From: Verrucomicrobia bacterium GWF2_51_19
Lineage (GTDB): Bacteria > Verrucomicrobiota > Verrucomicrobiia > Opitutales > UBA12508
Length of the DNA: 45,307 nucleotides
Assembly (NCBI GenBank): GCA_001831095.1
Contig: MIDP01000001.1
Coordinates: 1-45,307, forward strand
Direction of reading: 5' to 3'
The position numbers and the translations under genes were made by a program. Positions 8,948 through 18,286 of this stretch are shown piece by piece. How positions within the stretch are numbered: the stretch's first letter is position 1; every line of letters begins with the position of its first letter. The notes beneath the pieces are model-generated. The model had not been told where the DNA came from, ran no database searches, and was given only the letters and a program-made list of their open reading frames with translations.

Positions 8948-9068
8948 AGTAAATAAAATGCTTAAAAAGATTTTATAAAAAGTCAAGCAAAAACGGCAAT
9001 TTGACAACAAAATCTGTAGTGATAGAGGAAATCATTCACCAAATGGAGCTGCCAATTATTAGATGGTA

Positions 9069-9992
9069 TTAAGGCAGCGTGATACCCAAAAGGGCGGCGG
9101 TTTGAGGATTGGTGTGGGTGTGAAAATGGCTGAATTTTTCAATGTGTGGAGTGGGGGAGGCTCCGCTGAGAATGTCGGCGGCCATTTCACCGACGCGTTT
9201 GCCGACGTCGTAATCGCTGCAGGCTAAGGCAATCAGGGCTCCCTGTTCGACGGCTTCTGGAAAGGTCGCGAAGGTGGGCATTTTGTGTTGGCTGCAGATT
9301 TTGAGAACGAGTGGCAGGGCTGAAGCGACGGTGTTGTCTTGCAATAAAAACAGGATGTCGATTTTCGGCGATAGCGCCTCGAGCGCCTGAGTGATTGCCG
9401 CCGTGTTGGTCACGGAGCTGGTTATAACGATCAGCCCACGCCCGCCCGCCTGTCCCTGCAGTTGTTCGAGTGTGGCGACAGAGTTGCTTTCCCCCGCATT
9501 GAGCAGTACGCCAATTCGCTTAACGTGCGGCAATACACGCTGAATCAGATCGAGCTGGTCGCCGATCGGCTGTTCAACGTAAACACCGCCAACGTTAGGA
9601 TGTTTGTCGTCTGGCAGCAGGCCAGCACTCACAGGATCGGAGATTCCCGCGAAGAGCATCGTGCCCTGCGGGTTGATCTGCCGAATCGTTTGCGCGGACG
9701 GCGTCGTGATTGCAACAACGACGTCGGGCTGTAGGGTCTTGACCTGCTGTGCGATTTGCAGCGCAATCGACAGGTTGCCCTGCGCGTTGGTTTCAATAAA
9801 GCGCACGTTGCCTGGCGAAAATCCACGAGCCTGTAGACCGTCGTGGACGCCGCGCCGCATGTTATCGAGTGAAGGGTGAGCGACGATTTGTGTAATCGCC
9901 ACCGTTTTTTGACGCAGAGCCGAAGCGGCTACGTCGATATCTTTTTTGCAGCCAAAGAGCAATGCGCTCGCTGCAATCAATAAATAATGCAT
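9069..9992 (-). CDS. ABC transporter substrate-binding lipoprotein (BMP/ABC_sub_bind-like)
   Basis: 307 aa. Lipobox LLFGC near the N-terminus. Periplasmic-binding-protein-like alternating beta-alpha pattern (VAITQIVAHPSLD, VVVAITTPSAQ, IGVLLNAGESNS). Confidence 0.7.
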   Translation of the reverse strand: MHYLLIAASALLFGCKKDIDVAASALRQKTVAITQIVAHPSLDNMRRGVHDGLQARGFSPGNVRFIETNAQGNLSIALQIAQQVKTLQPDVVVAITTPSAQTIRQINPQGTMLFAGISDPVSAGLLPDDKHPNVGGVYVEQPIGDQLDLIQRVLPHVKRIGVLLNAGESNSVATLEQLQGQAGGRGLIVITSSVTNTAAITQALEALSPKIDILFLLQDNTVASALPLVLKICSQHKMPTFATFPEAVEQGALIALACSDYDVGKRVGEMAADILSGASPTPHIEKFSHFHTHTNPQTAALLGITLP

Positions 9993-10197
9993 AAAATTTC
10001 CTTACATTTACGTTAATGAGCACAAACAAAACGAACGACTAGGCGCGTTGCCATCGCCATCGTGCTGACGTAAACTGGAAATTCCTCGACATAAAGAGGC
10101 CGATTAGTTTTGAGGAAAGACGCGTAGTGTCAAGCACAAATTTCTGATGTAAAAAAAGCGTGAAAACCTTAGAAGATCTGTTAGGATACGTTTTTTT

Positions 10198-11667
10198 ATG
10201 TCAAAACCTTTGTACTATCATTCTGCCGAGGAGCTCGTGGCGCTGCTCAATAAAAAGGTCATTTCGTCGGTCGAGCTGACCAGGGCCGTCATCGAGCGCA
10301 CGCGGGACGTGGAGCCCAAAATAGGTGCCTTTATCAGTGTCAATGAGGCCGATGCTCTCAAGCAAGCCGAGGCGTCTGATAAACGTCGGGCCGAGGGCCG
10401 CACTCTGGGCGCGTTGGACGGCATTCCGTTGTCGCCAAAAGACGTCTTGGCAGATGAAAATCAGCCCCTCACCTGCGCCAGCAAGATCCTCAAAGACTTC
10501 ATCAGCCCCTACACGGGGACTGTCATGCAGCGGTTGCGCAACGCTGGGGCCGTCATTTGGGGCCGCCTCAACCTCGATGAGTTCACCATGGGCTCTTCCA
10601 ATGAGACGTCGTACTTTAAGCCCTGTTGCAATCCTTGGAATACCGAATGCATACCAGGCGGCAGCAGCGGAGGCAGTGCGGCAGCCATTGCAGCTGGGCA
10701 AACCATTCTGGCTCTCGGATCCGACACCGGTGGCTCCATTCGTCAGCCAGCGGCCCTGTGTGGCATTGTAGGGCTTAAGCCAACCTATGGCCGTGTCAGT
10801 CGTTTTGGACTCGCCGCCCACGCCAGTTCGCTCGATCAAATCGGTCCCATGACGCGCACTGTCGCCGACGCCGCCCTGGTCATGGAAATCATTGCCGGTC
10901 TCGATCCGCACGACTCCACCAGCTACAATGCCCAGGTGCCCGTTTACCGCGAAGCCCTCAAGGCCCATGCCCACGTTCCCAAAAAGCTCGGCATTCTCAA
11001 AGAGTTCTTCGGCGACGGTCTCGCTCCCGACATCCGCAGTGTCGTCGAAAAGGCCCTACGCTTTTACGAAAAACAAGGCTGTGAGCTGATCGAGATATCA
11101 CTGCCCAAAACAACACTCTCTATTCCAGTCTATTACGTCATAGCCACCGCCGAGGCCTCTTCCAACCTCGCCCGCTACGACGGCATTCGTTACACTCACC
11201 GCAGCACAAAAGCCAAGGACGGCATTGATCTCTACCGGAAGTCCCGCGAGGAGGGCTTTGGGTCCGAAGTGAAACGCCGTATCATTTTGGGTACCTATGT
11301 CCTCAGTAGCGGTCACTATGACGCCTACTACCTGCGCGCCCAAAAGGTCCGCACGCTCATCCGCAACGATTTCATGACGGCCTTTGAGTCCGTCGACGCC
11401 ATTCTCTGCCCAACCACCCCCAATCCAGCCTTCCGTCGCGGCGAGAAGCTCAATGACCCCCTCGCCATGTACCTCGAAGATATCTACACTGTCCCCGTCA
11501 ATATCGCCGGCCTCCCCGGCATCTCCATTCCCTGCGGATTCACCACAAATAACCTCCCCGTCGGCCTCCAGATTATAGGAAAACCCTTCCGCGAAGAGGA
11601 AATCCTCGGCATCGCCCAAACCTTTGAGGCCAATCACCCCTTTGCCCAACAGACACCTATCCTTTAA
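10198..11667 (+). CDS. gatA: Asp/Glu-tRNA amidotransferase subunit A
   Basis: 489 aa with the amidase signature GGSSGGSAAAIA..GSDTGGSIRQPA. Confidence 0.95.
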   Translation: MSKPLYYHSAEELVALLNKKVISSVELTRAVIERTRDVEPKIGAFISVNEADALKQAEASDKRRAEGRTLGALDGIPLSPKDVLADENQPLTCASKILKDFISPYTGTVMQRLRNAGAVIWGRLNLDEFTMGSSNETSYFKPCCNPWNTECIPGGSSGGSAAAIAAGQTILALGSDTGGSIRQPAALCGIVGLKPTYGRVSRFGLAAHASSLDQIGPMTRTVADAALVMEIIAGLDPHDSTSYNAQVPVYREALKAHAHVPKKLGILKEFFGDGLAPDIRSVVEKALRFYEKQGCELIEISLPKTTLSIPVYYVIATAEASSNLARYDGIRYTHRSTKAKDGIDLYRKSREEGFGSEVKRRIILGTYVLSSGHYDAYYLRAQKVRTLIRNDFMTAFESVDAILCPTTPNPAFRRGEKLNDPLAMYLEDIYTVPVNIAGLPGISIPCGFTTNNLPVGLQIIGKPFREEEILGIAQTFEANHPFAQQTPIL

Positions 11668-11740
11668 CCCAAGCGAGAAGAGAACTAAAAAAAATTCCCC
11701 TCTCGCGCTCTCTCTTTAAAAACTTTTAGAAATTTGTATT

Positions 11741-13192
11741 ATGTTTGAAACAGTTATAGGCCTAGAAGTTCACGTCCAGTTGAAGACGAAAACAAAGATG
11801 TTCACGCGGGCGCCGTATAGGTACGGTTGCGAACCAAACACGCTCACGGATGCCGTTGTTTGGGCCTTACCAGGGGCCTTGCCGGTGATGAATCGGGAGG
11901 CGATTATGCAGACAGTGAAAGCGGGTCTGATTTTCGACAGCGAGATTGCGGATATCTGCAAGTGGGACCGCAAGAATTACTTTTATCCGGACCTGCCGAA
12001 GGGGTATCAGATATCGCAGTATGACAGGCCGTTATGTCGCGGAGGGACGGTTGAAATCGAGTTAGCGGGCTCGGCGAGGAACATCATGGGAACTCACCGC
12101 AAGGTCCTGTTGAACCGCATTCACCTCGAGGAAGACGTCGGTAAGCTCACTCACTTTGACCAGGAAAGCCTCATCGACTACAACCGCGCTGGGACGCCGT
12201 TGGCAGAGATCGTTTCGGAGCCCGACATGCACAGCGTCGAGGAGGTCTTTGCTTATTTAAAGTCCTTGCGCATGCATCTGTTGTATGCGGGCATTGCGGA
12301 CTGCGACATGGAAAAGGGCCAAATGCGTTGCGACGCGAACATCAGCATTCGTCCGAAGGGTGAGACGAAGCTGGGCACCAAGGTAGAGCTCAAAAACCTC
12401 AACTCTATCAGCGGTGTTTGCAACGGCGTCAAGTACGAGATTCAGCGCCAGACGGACCTCGTTAATTCGGGTGGACGGGTCGTCCAGGAGACGCGCCGCT
12501 GGGATGCCGATAAAAACGTCAGCCTGTCGATGCGTTCCAAGGAGGACGCCCACGATTACCGCTATTTTCCTGATCCCGACCTCATGCCCGTCAAGATTTC
12601 TCAGGACATGCGCAACGCCTTGCGGGCCGAGCTGCCGGAATTGCCTTTCCGCAAGCAGGAACGTTACCAGGCGGAGCTGGGCCTGCCGTTCACGATAACG
12701 TCCGTAATTTGTCCTGAAAAAGACCTGGCGGACTTCTTTGAGGCCTGCCTCCAGCGCAATCCGAAGCCCAAGGAGATCGCCAACCTGGTTGCCAACGACC
12801 TCCTCCGTGAGCTCTCGCAGGCGGGCGACAAGGGATCACTGCCGATTGCCGATAGCCTCGTCAAGCCAGCGCATATTGCTGAGCTCGTTGGGCTTGTCGA
12901 CTCGGGGGCAATCTCCAAGCCGATCGCCCAGGACGTGTTTAAAAAGATGTTTGCCAGCGGGAAGATGCCAGCGGTGATTGTTCGCGAAGAGGGGCTCACG
13001 CAGAGTTCCAACACAGACGAGCTCGAGGCGCTCTGCCAGAAAGCCATCGCCGACAACCCCAAAGCCGTCGAGCAGTATAAGGCCGGCAAAGAGCAGTCCA
13101 TCAACGCCCTCAAAGGCTCTGTCATGAAAGCCACTCAAGGAAAGGCGAATCCACAGATGATCGATGTGCTCTTGAAACGTTTAATCAAATAA
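11741..13192 (+). CDS. gatB: Asp/Glu-tRNA amidotransferase subunit B
   Basis: 483 aa. N-terminal FETVIGLEVHVQL, and YFPDPDL and GatB_Yqey-like C-terminus. Immediately downstream of gatA. Confidence 0.95.
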   Translation: MFETVIGLEVHVQLKTKTKMFTRAPYRYGCEPNTLTDAVVWALPGALPVMNREAIMQTVKAGLIFDSEIADICKWDRKNYFYPDLPKGYQISQYDRPLCRGGTVEIELAGSARNIMGTHRKVLLNRIHLEEDVGKLTHFDQESLIDYNRAGTPLAEIVSEPDMHSVEEVFAYLKSLRMHLLYAGIADCDMEKGQMRCDANISIRPKGETKLGTKVELKNLNSISGVCNGVKYEIQRQTDLVNSGGRVVQETRRWDADKNVSLSMRSKEDAHDYRYFPDPDLMPVKISQDMRNALRAELPELPFRKQERYQAELGLPFTITSVICPEKDLADFFEACLQRNPKPKEIANLVANDLLRELSQAGDKGSLPIADSLVKPAHIAELVGLVDSGAISKPIAQDVFKKMFASGKMPAVIVREEGLTQSSNTDELEALCQKAIADNPKAVEQYKAGKEQSINALKGSVMKATQGKANPQMIDVLLKRLIK

Positions 13193-13604
13193 ATTCTACG
13201 ACGCGTTTGCGCATGCACAGGACATTTTTGTCGTTGAGGCGGGTGTATGCGAGGCCGTCCATCAACTGTTCAACGAGAAAGATTCCGAGGCCGCCTATGG
13301 GGATGTCGTCGATGTTTTTGGACAGCTTGGGTCGCGGAATGGATCGGATCGGGTCAAAGGGTGCCCCGTCGTCTTCGATCTGGATGGAGATAGCGGAATC
13401 TACGTAATCGAGCGTTAGGTGAATCGAGTGTTCCTGCTTGTCTTTAAAAGCGTACGAAACGATATTGGTAAAAATTTCATCCAGGCAGAGCAGGAGGCTG
13501 TAACGGATCTTCGCGTCGACACTATATTGAGCACAAAATACCTGTAAATCGCCATTGAGCCGGTTCAACTCCTCGATTTTATTTTTGTACTCCAACAGGA
13601 TCAT
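13185..13604 (-). CDS. RsbW-like anti-sigma factor / serine kinase (HATPase_c_2)
   Basis: 139 aa. N-box-like DEIFTNIVSYAF, G1 EDDGAPFDP, G2 GGLGIFLV. Its 3' end overlaps the gatB 3' end convergently by 8 nt. Confidence 0.7.
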   Translation of the reverse strand: MILLEYKNKIEELNRLNGDLQVFCAQYSVDAKIRYSLLLCLDEIFTNIVSYAFKDKQEHSIHLTLDYVDSAISIQIEDDGAPFDPIRSIPRPKLSKNIDDIPIGGLGIFLVEQLMDGLAYTRLNDKNVLCMRKRVVEFI

Positions 13605-13644
13605 GTCGTCGGTGCAGTGAGGTTAAGGGTTTAAGGGCCGATCG

Positions 13645-14805
13645 TCAATGAAAACAGATCTCCAAAAGAGAGGCGTCGTCGTAAAAAGCCCCCAGGGCTG
13701 CTTTGGCACGCGAAAGGATGGTTTGGCTATTGTTGCATTGCGAACACGTCTGGAAAATGTCGAATAAGTGCTGGAGGTTTTTCAGCGACTCTTGATTGCC
13801 AGATTCGTAGAGTCCGTCGCTGTAGACGTAGAGCCGACTACCGCTAGGCACCTCAATTGATTCCTGCTGATATGTGATGCCTTCCATGCCTCCAATGACC
13901 AGCCCTTTTGCCTGAAGCTTTTGACCAATGCTATGGCCGCTGATGAAGTATGCTGGCGGGTGTCCGCCCGATGCATAGGTGAGCATTCTCGTGTTTTTGT
14001 GAAAGACGCCGTACCAAATCGTAAAGTATTTGTTGCCCTGTGACTCCATGTCGAAAGTTGTGTTGAGTTGTGTTAGGACTTCACCTGGATGACGGAAATC
14101 GGTATTAACCAGAGACTTCGACCTTAGAATATTCAGGAGCGACGCACCGAGCAGGGCCGCGCCAACGCCGTGTCCACAGACGTCCAACAAATAAACGGCG
14201 AAGTGGTCCGGATCAATCCATGAGTACCCCAAGGCGTCTCCCCCGAGCGCACCCGTGCTCAAGTACGACCATTTGGCGTCGAGAATGGCGCCTGCAGAGG
14301 GAGGAGGAAACAGGGAAATCAGGTAGCGTTCCGCCTCGTCTAACTCTTGTCGAATGAGCCGCTGACTTTCGGCAAGGGCCTCAAACGCCTTTTGCTTTTC
14401 CAAGAGCCGGATGTAAGCTTGCGAGTGGTACCGGATGCGGGCAATGAGCTCGAGCGGATGCGGGTATTTTTGAACAAAGTCATTGGCGCCCATCTTGAAT
14501 GCCTTGTATTTCATGTTGGCGTCTTCATGCATACAGAGGACGAGAATGGGAATATCGGTCAACGTTTTCTCGCCCCGCAGGCATTCGATGATGTGTCGAT
14601 TTTTGATTAACGGACAGAGAAAATCAATCAAGATAACGGTCGGATTGACCGTTTTAGCCTTTTCGACGGCGCCAAATGGATCGGCAAAAAACACTGCCGA
14701 GAACTCTGGTGCCAGCATGGCCTGTATCGTCTGACAGCCGAGCTTTGTCGGGTCCACAACGAGCACTCGATGTTCAAAGACCGTGTTAGCGTGTCCAGAG
14801 TTCAT
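13645..14805 (-). CDS. response-regulator receiver fused to PP2C/SpoIIE phosphatase (RsbU-like)
   Basis: 386 aa. N-terminal REC-like domain (VLVVDP.., VILIDF..), coiled linker, and a C-terminal PP2C pattern (GGDALGY, DVCGHGVGAALL, YASGGHPP, YVYSDGL). Confidence 0.85.
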   Translation of the reverse strand: MNSGHANTVFEHRVLVVDPTKLGCQTIQAMLAPEFSAVFFADPFGAVEKAKTVNPTVILIDFLCPLIKNRHIIECLRGEKTLTDIPILVLCMHEDANMKYKAFKMGANDFVQKYPHPLELIARIRYHSQAYIRLLEKQKAFEALAESQRLIRQELDEAERYLISLFPPPSAGAILDAKWSYLSTGALGGDALGYSWIDPDHFAVYLLDVCGHGVGAALLGASLLNILRSKSLVNTDFRHPGEVLTQLNTTFDMESQGNKYFTIWYGVFHKNTRMLTYASGGHPPAYFISGHSIGQKLQAKGLVIGGMEGITYQQESIEVPSGSRLYVYSDGLYESGNQESLKNLQHLFDIFQTCSQCNNSQTILSRAKAALGAFYDDASLLEICFH

Positions 14806-14820
14806 AATCTAAATGAGTTT

Positions 14821-14942
14821 AAGATCGATGCAAAATGGTCTATAGCGACGTTCTCGTCGTTCGGGCTAGGTCACGTACCAACGTACGCTCCCGTTGCCCT
14901 CGCTCCTCGGGCCTGGCTCTAGAGCCATTTTACATCGATCTT
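14821..14942 (-). repeat. family A palindromic element, copy A3
   Basis: Arms 14821..14838 / 14925..14942 pair at 17 of 18. The core on the minus strand is GGAG-cgtac-gttg-gtacg-TGA. Confidence 0.95.
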
Positions 14943-15026
14943 GGATTCGTTGAATAGAAAGGATTAAAAGATGCTTTTTTGAAAAAATTTCGCTTTTTGA
15001 TATAAACCCTTCATTTTGCATCGGTC
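14943..15026 (+). repeat. family D repeat, copy D1
   Basis: About 80 nt that align with 40095..40175. Contains the AT hairpin aaaagatgcttttttgaaaa and ends in cattttgcatcggtc. Confidence 0.8.
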
Positions 15027-15095
15027 TTTTTAGAATTATACAAAAAAGCGTTTTCATGCAATTTTTATTTCTATTGGCGTGTATTCATAACCTAC

Positions 15096-15222
15096 AGACA
15101 GCATGCAAAATAGATGCAAAAATGTGGCTTTGCGCGAGCATGCATGCCGTAGCGTACATAGAGGTACGTGAGGCAGGCCGCGGAGCGCGAAACGCATTTT
15201 GGCGCTATTTTGCATGCTGTCT
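15096..15222 (+). repeat. family B palindromic element, copy B1
   Basis: Perfect 18-bp arms 15096..15113 / 15205..15222. Core GTAG-cgtac-atagag-gtacg-TGA. The right arm touches the mutL stop codon. Confidence 0.95.
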
Positions 15223-16916
15223 CATAATCCTAGGCGTCTGTTGATCTCGCTCTGAGGCAGCTCAAAGAAGATGGGCTTGCCGCGAGGGCAGGTGTGCGGG
15301 TTTTTACAGTGCATGAGGGCTTCGGCGAGGCGGATAGCCGCTTCTGGCGAGTGAGTGTAGCCCTCTTGAAGCGTTTGCAATGCGGCGTGGCGGGCCATCA
15401 CTTCGTAGGCGACGTGCGGTTTTTGATCGATGAAATTGCCCTGATAAATGAACTCAGCCATGTCGTAGAGAAAGCGCTCGCCGCGGCTGGGATCGAGCCA
15501 AGAGGGTAGGGCGTCGACGCGAAACGTGTTGCCGCCAAAGGGTTCTATGTGGAATCCGCAATGTTCGAAAAAGGCCAGTTTCTTGTTGAACGAAGGGGCG
15601 AGAATGGGCGCCAACTCAAGCGAAAGCGGCAACAAGAGGCATTGCGAGCTGACGGTCTCGCCGGCAAACTCTTCTTGAATGCGTTCATACCAGATGCGTT
15701 GTTGGGCCGAGTGAGCATTGAAGATGATGAGACCATGGGGGCCGTTAAAGAGCTCGCAGCAGTCGTCGACGGGGCCAATGTAGCGCCAATTGAGGTTGAT
15801 GGGCAAATTCAGCGCGATCGGCGGTGTTTCGCGCACAGGGGTCGTCATATGACTTGCCAAAGAGAGAGTCTCTTGAGCCAAGAATGGTGTTTCCTCTAGC
15901 AAGACTGTGCTGTCAACGACGGGCGCTGTTTGCGGGTGGCATGCCTCGAGAGTGGCGCCGAAGGCCTTCATCACGCATTCTTTGATCTCACTGGGGTTGC
16001 GAAACCGTACCTCGCGCTTACCTGGGTGGACGTTGACGTCGACCTCACAGGGATCGATTTCGACAAACAAAAAGGCGACTGGATAGCGGTGTTCGGGAAT
16101 GTAGCTGTGGTAGGCCTCGGTGATGGCGAAACTGAGCGTCCTGTTTTCGATTGGGCGACGGTTCAAAAATAGCAAAATTTCCTGCCGCGTCGAACGAGAG
16201 ATTGACGGCTTGCCCACAAGGCCAAAGAGGTGGCAATTGTCGCTATAATCGAACGCAATCAGGTCCTGGGCGACGCTGCCCCAAATCTCGCGAACGCGCT
16301 CCAGCAACGTTGGGCATGTCGGCGAGCGAAAGAGCGTCTTGCCGTTCTTGATGAGCGTAAAGGCGACTTGCGGGTGCGCCAGGGCGTAGGTTTTCACGCA
16401 TTCGACGATGTGGGCCTCTTCCGTGATGTCGCTTTTCAAAAACTTGCGCCGCACGGGCACGTTTTTAAACAACTGCGAAACCTCTATACGCGTCCCGACG
16501 GGCATGCCGCATTCCGCTTTGCGAACGAGCTTGCCGGCGTCGACAAACAGCTCGGTTCCAAACGATTCCTTCGTCGATCGCGTCTTGAGGCTGAACTGGG
16601 AAACACTGGCAATCGAGGGTAGCGCCTCTCCGCGAAAGCCGAAGGTCTGAATCGAGTTGAGGTCCTCAAAGGCCTGAATTTTGCTGGTTGCGTGACGTTC
16701 GAGAGCCAGGAGGGCGTCGTGGAAAGTCATGCCGCAACCGTTGTCTTCGACGCGGATGTAGTCTTTGCCGCCGTTGGAGAATTCGATTTCAACGGCGCTC
16801 GCTCCAGCATCGAGGCTGTTTTCCAACAGTTCCTTGACGACGGCAACAGGCCGCTCAACCACTTCGCCGGCTGCGATCTGGTTTACGACACTATCTGCAA
16901 GCACCCGTATTTTCAT
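15222..16916 (-). CDS. mutL: DNA mismatch repair protein MutL
   Basis: Start at ATG 16916 gives MKIRVLADSVVNQIAAGEVVERP, a canonical MutL N-terminus. GHKL ATPase motifs are present. The 23 codons upstream in the ORF track read into repeat B2. Confidence 0.9.
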   Translation of the reverse strand: MKIRVLADSVVNQIAAGEVVERPVAVVKELLENSLDAGASAVEIEFSNGGKDYIRVEDNGCGMTFHDALLALERHATSKIQAFEDLNSIQTFGFRGEALPSIASVSQFSLKTRSTKESFGTELFVDAGKLVRKAECGMPVGTRIEVSQLFKNVPVRRKFLKSDITEEAHIVECVKTYALAHPQVAFTLIKNGKTLFRSPTCPTLLERVREIWGSVAQDLIAFDYSDNCHLFGLVGKPSISRSTRQEILLFLNRRPIENRTLSFAITEAYHSYIPEHRYPVAFLFVEIDPCEVDVNVHPGKREVRFRNPSEIKECVMKAFGATLEACHPQTAPVVDSTVLLEETPFLAQETLSLASHMTTPVRETPPIALNLPINLNWRYIGPVDDCCELFNGPHGLIIFNAHSAQQRIWYERIQEEFAGETVSSQCLLLPLSLELAPILAPSFNKKLAFFEHCGFHIEPFGGNTFRVDALPSWLDPSRGERFLYDMAEFIYQGNFIDQKPHVAYEVMARHAALQTLQEGYTHSPEAAIRLAEALMHCKNPHTCPRGKPIFFELPQSEINRRLGL

Positions 16917-16921
16917 AACCC

Positions 16922-17051
16922 AAAAGACGTGCGCAAAATAGCGCAAAAATGCATTTCGCGCTCCGCCGACTGCCTCACGTACCATCGTACGCTACGGCAG
17001 ATCGTACTCGCGCAAAGCCACATTTTTGCATCTATTTTTCACACGTCTTTT
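16922..17051 (-). repeat. family B palindromic element, copy B2
   Basis: Arms 16922..16941 / 17032..17051 pair at 18 of 20. The minus-strand core is GTAG-cgtac-gatg-gtacg-TGA. Sits 5 nt upstream of the mutL start. Confidence 0.95.
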
Positions 17052-17166
17052 TGATTATTAAGGCGTTATGTGTTTCTACGCGAATAAAAAATTTAATTTT
17101 TCATGCCCTTGCGCCTCGGGCCTAGATTCTGCAACGCTCTTTCCACTGAGTTTTCATTACATGTTT

Positions 17167-18282
17167 TTATACAGCCAGTGCTGGGGTCTTCACTGTCTTC
17201 AATTTGAAAGAAAAAGTGCTGCCGACGCCCCATTCGCTCTCGACGTTTACAGCGCCGTCCAGCTTTTCGAGAATGCGGTGGACGATCGATAGGCCGAGTC
17301 CGTGGCCCTCACTGTTGATTTGGTTGATGCGGTTGAAGGGAACGAAGATGCCAGGAATGTCTTCCGGAGAGATGCCGATGCCCTCGTCTCGGACAAAGAA
17401 GGTTGCGTTGTCGTTGTCTTGCGTGAAGCCCACTTCGAGAATCGCAGGCAGTCCTTCCTTGGCATACTTCAGTGCATTTGAGAGGTAATTGAACCAGACT
17501 TCTTCGATCCAGGGAGCGTAGCCGAGGATTTTGGGCAGGTCTTTGGCGATGGTGATTTGTGCTTCTTTGAAACGCGGGTGGTTCTCGAGGCGCTTGAGGG
17601 CGGCATCGACGACAGGGCGCATGTCGAAGGCTTCGGGCTTGAATTTCTTCTTGCGGACGCTCGACAGGAACAAGAGCTCGTTGACGATTTTGTTGGCTTT
17701 GAGTCCGGCGACGTACATGGTGTCGGCGTAATCGGAAATGGCCTTGGCTTCGAGCTCGTTGTTGATGGAAGAGAGGATTTCAGCCATGTTGATGATGCCG
17801 TTGAGGGAACTCTTCAGTTCGTGCGCCACGGTATGGGCGAAGGCATCGAGCTCTTGAATGAGCGTGTTTTGCTCATCGATCTTCACTTGCAGCTCTTTTT
17901 GTAAACGGCTGATGGTGAGATGGGTGTTGAGTCGGGCGAGGACTTCCTCTTGCTGGAGCGGTTTGGTGATGTAATCGACGGCGCCAACTTCAAAGGCGTC
18001 GACCTTGTCCTGGACATCTTGTATGACGCTCAAGAAGATGACGGGAATGTCCTTGGTTTCCGGCATTTTCTTGAGTTGTTCGCAGACTTGAAAGCCATCG
18101 AGGCCAGGCATAATCAGGTCCAATAGGATAATGTCTGGAATGGTCGTTTTGGCAATTTCGAGCGCCTTTTCGCCATTGCGCGCGGACAGTAGCCGGAAGT
18201 TGAACTGCTTCAAAAAGTCGCAGAGTACCGACAGATTTGTGGGCTCGTCGTCGACTAATAGTATTGTGTGTTGCTCATTCAT
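17167..18282 (-). CDS. REC-domain histidine kinase (receiver-HisKA-HATPase)
   Basis: ILLVDDEPTN..LLDLIMPGLDG receiver, H-box AHELKSSLNGI, N and G boxes NYLSNALKY, DEGIGI, GHGLGLSIV. Start set to ATG 18282 (MNEQHT), just outside repeat A4. Confidence 0.85.
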   Translation of the reverse strand: MNEQHTILLVDDEPTNLSVLCDFLKQFNFRLLSARNGEKALEIAKTTIPDIILLDLIMPGLDGFQVCEQLKKMPETKDIPVIFLSVIQDVQDKVDAFEVGAVDYITKPLQQEEVLARLNTHLTISRLQKELQVKIDEQNTLIQELDAFAHTVAHELKSSLNGIINMAEILSSINNELEAKAISDYADTMYVAGLKANKIVNELLFLSSVRKKKFKPEAFDMRPVVDAALKRLENHPRFKEAQITIAKDLPKILGYAPWIEEVWFNYLSNALKYAKEGLPAILEVGFTQDNDNATFFVRDEGIGISPEDIPGIFVPFNRINQINSEGHGLGLSIVHRILEKLDGAVNVESEWGVGSTFSFKLKTVKTPALAV

Positions 18283-18286
18283 AACA

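Noticed and set aside
9993-10197. Missing gatC upstream of gatA
   Set aside because: No small ORF fits in this gap. However, gatC is often encoded elsewhere, so this is not informative on its own.
10201-10974. Long antisense ORFs inside gatA, mnmG (6236..6865, 6884..7537), lepA (39427..39909) and others
   Set aside because: These are shadow ORFs opposite strongly supported genes. Their composition is typical of antisense frames, and they have no recognisable motifs.
16917-16985. 23-codon N-terminal extension of mutL
   Set aside because: It reads into repeat B2. ATG 16916 yields the canonical MKIR..QIAAGEVV start.
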